DNA of 64,000 nt. Origin: Gammaproteobacteria bacterium (GTDB taxonomy: Bacteria; Pseudomonadota; Gammaproteobacteria; QZLD01). Position 1 is the first letter of the stretch; the number at the start of each line of letters is the position of its first letter. The position numbers were made by a program, and so were the translations under genes. The notes under the pieces are model-generated. The model saw nothing but the letters and a program-made list of their open reading frames with translations. It searched no databases and was not told the DNA's origin. Location: NCBI GenBank assembly GCA_033852135.1, contig JAWSVB010000022.1, positions 101,936 through 165,935 on the forward strand. The letters are read 5' to 3'. Below, one piece after another: positions 59,233 to 64,000 of this stretch.

Positions 59233-59320
59233 GGGGATGTGGTGGAATTGGTAGACACGAGAGACTTAAAATCTCTTGGCTATTGCGGCCGTGCCGGTTC
59301 GATTCCGGCCATCCCCACCA
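59233..59320 (+). tRNA. tRNA-Leu (anticodon TAA), class II with long variable arm
   Basis: GGGGATGTGGTGGAATTGGTAGACAC...CTTAAAAT...GGTTCGATTCCGGCCATCCCCACCA. Confidence 0.9.
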
Positions 59321-59348
59321 TTAGTAAAGCTTTTCTCTACAGAGAAAA

Positions 59349-59388
59349 GACATAAAAAAACCAGCTGATTTGCTGGTTTTTTTATGTC
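59349..59388. terminator. Strong bidirectional intrinsic terminator (17-bp perfect inverted repeat)
   Basis: GACATAAAAAAACCAGC-tgattt-GCTGGTTTTTTTATGTC, between the tRNA operon end and the converging ligase gene. Confidence 0.9.
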
Positions 59389-59473
59389 TGAATTTTATGG
59401 GTAAGCTGCGTGAGTTTTCCAGTCTCGTGGGTTTTCCATAGATGGTTGTTAGAGAAAAAAGGTACTTACCGAT

Positions 59474-61033
59474 TTAAGATTTTTTATGCTCTTTTATTAC
59501 CGCATTGCGGTCTAGTTTATTTGCACCTGTCTTGGGAATCTCTTCTACAAAGAAAATATCTCGAGGTAGTTTGAATTTAGCTAGATGCTTAGAGCAGAAT
59601 TGTAGTAATTCATCTTTATTGGTGTTGGAGCCTTTCTTTATTACGACATTGGCGATAGGTACTTGTCCCCATTTAGTATCATCTATACCGATGCAAACGG
59701 CCTCATCAACCTCTTTATGTTTTAAAAGGGCATCTTCAATCTCTTCTGGTGAGATATTTTCTCCACCACTGATAAACATGTTATCTGAGCGACCGATTAT
59801 TGAAACAAAGCCATCATCTGAAGCTATTGCTAAATCACCAGAAATAATCCACCCATCCTTTGTAGTGATGGTTGAAGTTCTCTCGTCATCATTTAGGTAG
59901 CCATCAAAATTATGTAAGCTACGCAGGTATAGAATTCCAGCTTTTCCAGGCGGTACTTCTTCGCCAGTTTCAGACATGATTTTATAATCACAGTGAAACA
60001 TTGGCAGGCCGATAGTATCTGATTTATCCTTTACAAGGTCCATGCGATCTTCAGCTGGGATAAATATGAAATTTGATGGTCCAGCTTCAGTGAGGCCATA
60101 AGATTGGGCTGTTTGAATACCCTTATCCCAAAATGGCTGCATAATTTCAGGTTGGCATTTTGATCCACCGGTAAATACAATATCAACTGATTCAAATGAG
60201 CATGAATCGAAATCTGGATGATTGCTCAACATAAGAGCCATTGGTGTTGCAAGGGGAAGAATTTTTACCTTCTCTTGGTTAATTAGTTCGATAACCTCTT
60301 TGGGGTCAAAGCTTCTAATTAAAATTGCATAACCACCAAAGTGAATATGAGGGACAAAGATGTTCCAGCCACCAATATGAAAGAATGGAAGTGTAATAAT
60401 TTCAGATGTTGAACAAATTCTGCTTGATGAACTTGCAGCAAGTTCAACAGAGTTCCATATCACTTGCTGGTGAGAAACTTTGCATATTTTAGGGGTAGAG
60501 GTTGTGCCGCCAGTGTGAATAAGTAAAAAGGTATCACTTATTTTTAATGGGGTGTTGGCTTCATTGTCTGAATGTATTAAAACCTTGGTATAGAATTCAT
60601 TGGTGCTGTCATCAGTCAGTTTTATTACTGTAGTAACTGATTTAGGAATGTTTAAGGAGTTAAAAAGATCTTGGAAAAAGTCTTCAAAGAATATAGCTTT
60701 AGGCTGTATTCTATCAATCAGATCATTAATTTCGGTTGCTGCTAAGCGGTAGCTAATTGGTGATAAAACTGCGCCAGTTTTACCAGCAGCAAAGAAAAGA
60801 TCTACAATTTCAATACGATTTCGTGAAATAACACAAACTTTATCCCCTTTATTTATATTGTTTTCAAGGAGAAAGTTGCTTGTCTTATTTGCTCTTGAGT
60901 TTAGCTCTTTAAAAGTGAATTTTTGATTGCAGCCTTTATCAAAGATACCAATAGTATCTGGTGAAATAGAGGCTCTTTTACCTATCCAGTTGCCGACCCA
61001 TTGCATTTCCATCTGCTCAGAACTGCAGAACAT
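59474..61033 (-). CDS. AMP-dependent synthetase/ligase (acyl-CoA synthetase-like adenylate-forming enzyme)
   Basis: AMP-binding motif 'LIHTGGTTSTPK', 'YGLTEAGP', 'GDLAIASDDGFVSIIGRSDNMFISGGENI'; 519 aa. Alternative in-frame starts lie 21-27 nt downstream. Confidence 0.8.
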   Translation of the reverse strand: MFCSSEQMEMQWVGNWIGKRASISPDTIGIFDKGCNQKFTFKELNSRANKTSNFLLENNINKGDKVCVISRNRIEIVDLFFAAGKTGAVLSPISYRLAATEINDLIDRIQPKAIFFEDFFQDLFNSLNIPKSVTTVIKLTDDSTNEFYTKVLIHSDNEANTPLKISDTFLLIHTGGTTSTPKICKVSHQQVIWNSVELAASSSSRICSTSEIITLPFFHIGGWNIFVPHIHFGGYAILIRSFDPKEVIELINQEKVKILPLATPMALMLSNHPDFDSCSFESVDIVFTGGSKCQPEIMQPFWDKGIQTAQSYGLTEAGPSNFIFIPAEDRMDLVKDKSDTIGLPMFHCDYKIMSETGEEVPPGKAGILYLRSLHNFDGYLNDDERTSTITTKDGWIISGDLAIASDDGFVSIIGRSDNMFISGGENISPEEIEDALLKHKEVDEAVCIGIDDTKWGQVPIANVVIKKGSNTNKDELLQFCSKHLAKFKLPRDIFFVEEIPKTGANKLDRNAVIKEHKKS

Positions 61034-61220
61034 ATTAAATATTTCCCGTAAACCATTCCTAGCTTAAGGTTATTGCATAAAATGCCTATAAGCAAGGCTA
61101 TGGGCTTATAAATTTGCTGAAATTTACTAATCACCATTTAGCATGAAAAATATAGCTGGATTATTGAGGGTATTGGCTAAATAGCTTTGGATTAGAACTA
61201 AGGATATTTGTTACTTAATT

Positions 61221-61250
61221 AAAAAACCCCCTCCTTAATAAGGAGGGGGT
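61221..61250 (-). terminator. Minus-strand intrinsic terminator in the leader of the ligase gene (attenuator, or 3' end of an sRNA)
   Basis: The minus strand reads CCCCCTCCTTATTAAGGAGGGGG followed by TTTTTT. A second GC hairpin (GGCGACG...CGTCGCC, 61259-61287) lies immediately upstream on the same strand. Confidence 0.6.
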
Positions 61251-61711
61251 AAAGTAAGGGGCGACGTAGCTAGGATTGTCGTCGCCACTTGGAGGAGCTG
61301 GTAAATTCATTATTGCAGTTACGCCAAATGCTGCAAAGCAACATACTAGTCGCATCAACCTTCTCAGTCAAGTTGTTTTTGGGTATGAAAATTTATTAAA
61401 TCGTAAGAGTCGCTAAGCGGTTGTGACTATACGCTATAAATTATGAGTAAAAGGGTAAAGCCCATAAGTATAGGTCGTTCATTAAATTGTCCATAGGCAC
61501 ATTATACATTTAAAATTAGTTTGATCAAAATATTAATAGAAATTAATAGTGTAGGTGCAGGTTGAGATACAGCTTAGTAGGACGGAATAAATTAGCTATG
61601 AATTATTAGCCGGAGTATAAAATCGAATTAATTACGATTGAAATATCTGCATAAAGATATATGATCACAATTAGTGTTAGTTTACCCACCTTTTTATACC
61701 TGTCGGGAGAT

Positions 61712-62044
61712 ATGATGAAGTTTATTTTTCTGGTTATTGCTTCAATAGTTTTAATTGTGCTTGGGATGAGTTTTTACATGCTTAATAATGAAGCTGTTAA
61801 TGTTGATTTATATTTTTGGAAACCAGAGGAGCCCACACAGTTGGCGTTAGTTATGTTAATAACACTTGCTGTTGGTGTCTTAATTGGTTTTTTTGCTTCA
61901 TTGAGTATGGTCTTTACAAATAAGAGCGAAATTAGAAGATTGAAAAAAATTCAAAAATCTAATGAAGAAGAACTAACTAATTTAAGAAATATGCCATTAA
62001 AAGATAGTGGTATTAGTTCAGATGTAATAGAAGCGGGCAGCTGA
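61712..62044 (+). CDS. lapA: Lipopolysaccharide assembly protein A (YciS/DUF1049)
   Basis: Two TM helices 'FIFLVIASIVLIVLGMSFYML' and 'LALVMLITLAVGVLIGFFA'. Directly precedes lapB and pyrF as in E. coli. The listed ORF is extended upstream to 61661. Confidence 0.8.
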   Translation: MMKFIFLVIASIVLIVLGMSFYMLNNEAVNVDLYFWKPEEPTQLALVMLITLAVGVLIGFFASLSMVFTNKSEIRRLKKIQKSNEEELTNLRNMPLKDSGISSDVIEAGS

Positions 62045-62055
62045 GTGAATATCTA

Positions 62056-63210
62056 ATGGGGATTGCCGAATTAATACTAGCTCCACTATTGCCGCTTGCG
62101 GCATTAACTGGCTGGTATTGCGCATCGAAATTTTATAAAAATAAAGGAAAAAGTGGCGGTGTCGGTAAATCTGCAAATAATTATTTTCGTGGTTTAAATT
62201 ATTTATTACAGGATCAGCCTGATAAGGCAATTGAAGTACTGGTTAAGCTGGTTGAGGTTGATAGCGATACTGTTGAAACACATTTAGCGTTGGGGAGTTT
62301 GTTTCGTCAGAGGGGGGAGGTTGATAGAGCTATTCGAATCCATCAAAATATTATTGCTCGCCCAACTCTATCTAAAGAGCAGAATTCAAATGCAGTTTTT
62401 GAGCTGGCAACTGATTTCTTAAGGGCTGGTTTTTTTGATAGAGCGGAGCAACTGTACTTGCAGTTGGTTGGGGATAAATCTTTCAATAAGCAAGCGCTTA
62501 ATCAACTTATATATATTTATCAGCAAGGTAAAGAGTGGGAAAAAGCTGTAGATTATAGTATTAAGCTCTTAAAATCTGGTGAGCAAAATATAGCTTTAAA
62601 TCTATCTAATTATTTATGCGAGCAAGCAGATGAGTTTGAGAAAAATGGTGAGTTACGTTTGGCTCGCAGTGCATTGCTAAAATCACTTGAATATGATTCA
62701 AAGTCGATTCGAGCTGAAGTGAGATTGGCCTCTATTGCATTTGGATTAGGAAAAGTTAAAGAGGGTATTAAAAGATTAGATGTTGCACTTACTAAGGACC
62801 GGGAATTTATCCCTCTTTATATTCAAGTAATCGAAAAATTTAGTTTTAGTCAGATTTCTAATGAAATAGCGCAAGGATTTGTGGATAGGTGTCTTGATAT
62901 AGATCCAACTAATTCATCTGCTGCAATTAAAAAAGCTAATTTATTGGCTTTATCAGGGTGTTACGTTGAAGCAAAAGACTTTTTGACAGATTTTGTTGAA
63001 CAGGCCCCGTCCATTAGCGTAATACTTGAGTTGCTAAGATGTGATGATTCTAATGGGGCAGAAGTGGATATTGTGTCTCTTCTTGATAGAAGTGTTTCTA
63101 GTGAGAGCAGTTTTTCTTGTGTTAAGTGTGGTTACCAAACTTCTCATATAGAGTGGAAATGTCCAAGTTGTCAAAATTGGAGTTGTATTAAACCGAGCAA
63201 TAATATTTAA
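62056..63210 (+). CDS. lapB: Lipopolysaccharide assembly protein B (YciM; TPR repeats + C-terminal rubredoxin-like zinc site)
   Basis: 'VETHLALGSLFRQRGEVDRAIRIHQNI' is near-identical to E. coli 'VEAHLTLGNLFRSRGEVDRAIRIHQTL'. C-terminus 'CVKCGYQ...WKCPSCQNW'. Confidence 0.92.
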   Translation: MGIAELILAPLLPLAALTGWYCASKFYKNKGKSGGVGKSANNYFRGLNYLLQDQPDKAIEVLVKLVEVDSDTVETHLALGSLFRQRGEVDRAIRIHQNIIARPTLSKEQNSNAVFELATDFLRAGFFDRAEQLYLQLVGDKSFNKQALNQLIYIYQQGKEWEKAVDYSIKLLKSGEQNIALNLSNYLCEQADEFEKNGELRLARSALLKSLEYDSKSIRAEVRLASIAFGLGKVKEGIKRLDVALTKDREFIPLYIQVIEKFSFSQISNEIAQGFVDRCLDIDPTNSSAAIKKANLLALSGCYVEAKDFLTDFVEQAPSISVILELLRCDDSNGAEVDIVSLLDRSVSSESSFSCVKCGYQTSHIEWKCPSCQNWSCIKPSNNI

Positions 63211-63252
63211 TTCCGCTCTGGTAGATATTGAGTTTAATGAAGAGAGATAAGT

Positions 63253-63960
63253 ATGAGTACAGATATTGAAAAATGTGTAATTGTTGCCTTGGATTACCCA
63301 AATCCATCTTTAGCTCTTGAGTTTGTTGAAAGGCTATCTCCTTCATTGTGTCGCCTTAAAATTGGTAAAGAGTTATTTACATTGGCTGGCCCTCAGTTTG
63401 TCCGTCAAATAGTAGATAAAGGTTTTGATGTTTTTTTAGATCTAAAATTTCACGATATACCGAATACTGTTGCTGCTGCATGTAAGGCAGCAGCAGATTT
63501 AGGTGTATGGATGATGAATGTTCATGCTAGTGGTGGATCTAAGATGATGGATGCTGCGCGTCTGGCTATTAACAGCTCTGGTACAGATACAAAGTTAATT
63601 GCAGTTACTGTTCTTACAAGCATGGGAGATGAGGATCTTCTTGGGATAGGGGTGACTGATGGAGCTCAAACTCAAGTTTTAAGGCTGGCTCAGCTATCTT
63701 CAGATTCAGGAATGGATGGCGTAGTGTGTTCAGCTCAGGAAGCTACCATCATAAAAGAAAGCGTTGGCTCTAGCTTTCTAACCGTTACACCAGGGATTCG
63801 TTTGGCCGGTGGAGATGCAGGAGACCAAAAAAGAATTATGACTCCAGTTGCTGCTATACAAAATGGTGCTGATTATCTGGTTATTGGTAGATCAATAACC
63901 AAGTCTGAAGACCCAAATGAAACTCTTAGAAACATAATTGGTGAAATTGATTCTATCTAG
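63253..63960 (+). CDS. pyrF: Orotidine 5'-phosphate decarboxylase
   Basis: 'IVALDYP', 'LKIGKELF', '[13 protein letters not shown]', and 'VIGRSIT' is the C-terminal phosphate-binding loop. Confidence 0.92.
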   Translation: MSTDIEKCVIVALDYPNPSLALEFVERLSPSLCRLKIGKELFTLAGPQFVRQIVDKGFDVFLDLKFHDIPNTVAAACKAAADLGVWMMNVHASGGSKMMDAARLAINSSGTDTKLIAVTVLTSMGDEDLLGIGVTDGAQTQVLRLAQLSSDSGMDGVVCSAQEATIIKESVGSSFLTVTPGIRLAGGDAGDQKRIMTPVAAIQNGADYLVIGRSITKSEDPNETLRNIIGEIDSI

Positions 63961-64000
63961 ATAACTTTGTAATTAAGTATCTTTAATTAAGTAAATCTAT

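Overview
This 64 kb window is AT-rich (roughly 35-38% GC) and looks like chromosomal DNA from a gammaproteobacterium. Several gene blocks follow E. coli order: rnhA-dnaQ, the uvrY/gacA-uvrC-pgsA-tRNA(Gly-Cys-Leu) block, lapA-lapB-pyrF, plus recC-recB, asnS, purT, miaA, nadC and metY. Three things stand out against that housekeeping background.

- **Multi-kinase sensory island (1-14352).** Four paralogous PAS histidine kinases share an almost identical PAS/DHp core but have different sensor ends. With them sit two single-domain receivers, a small MEDS-like sensory protein, two tandem LivK-type periplasmic binding proteins with no ABC transporter genes, and a receiver-kinase hybrid. A 9-bp tandem repeat and an 18-bp palindrome lie in its intergenic regions.
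- **Dense c-di-GMP signalling region.** This includes an unusual HPt-HD-GYP fusion next to a protein-kinase-like gene that has lost its catalytic Asp, a second HD-GYP, a REC-GGDEF(degenerate)-EAL protein, a GAF-GGDEF cyclase and a large Cache-PAS hybrid kinase.
- **AMMECR1 + MEMO1 + radical-SAM trio (AmmeMemoRadiSam, function unknown).** It sits beside an Nfu-type Fe-S carrier. A GC-rich, hairpin-dense ~400 bp non-coding island with no assignable function lies just upstream, next to a Sel1-repeat protein.

Other points: recC-recB has no recD downstream; a strong minus-strand intrinsic terminator sits in the leader of an acyl-CoA-ligase-like gene (candidate attenuator or sRNA); and there are several clear bidirectional terminators. 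All calls are from reading the sequence and the ORF track by eye; no searches were run.
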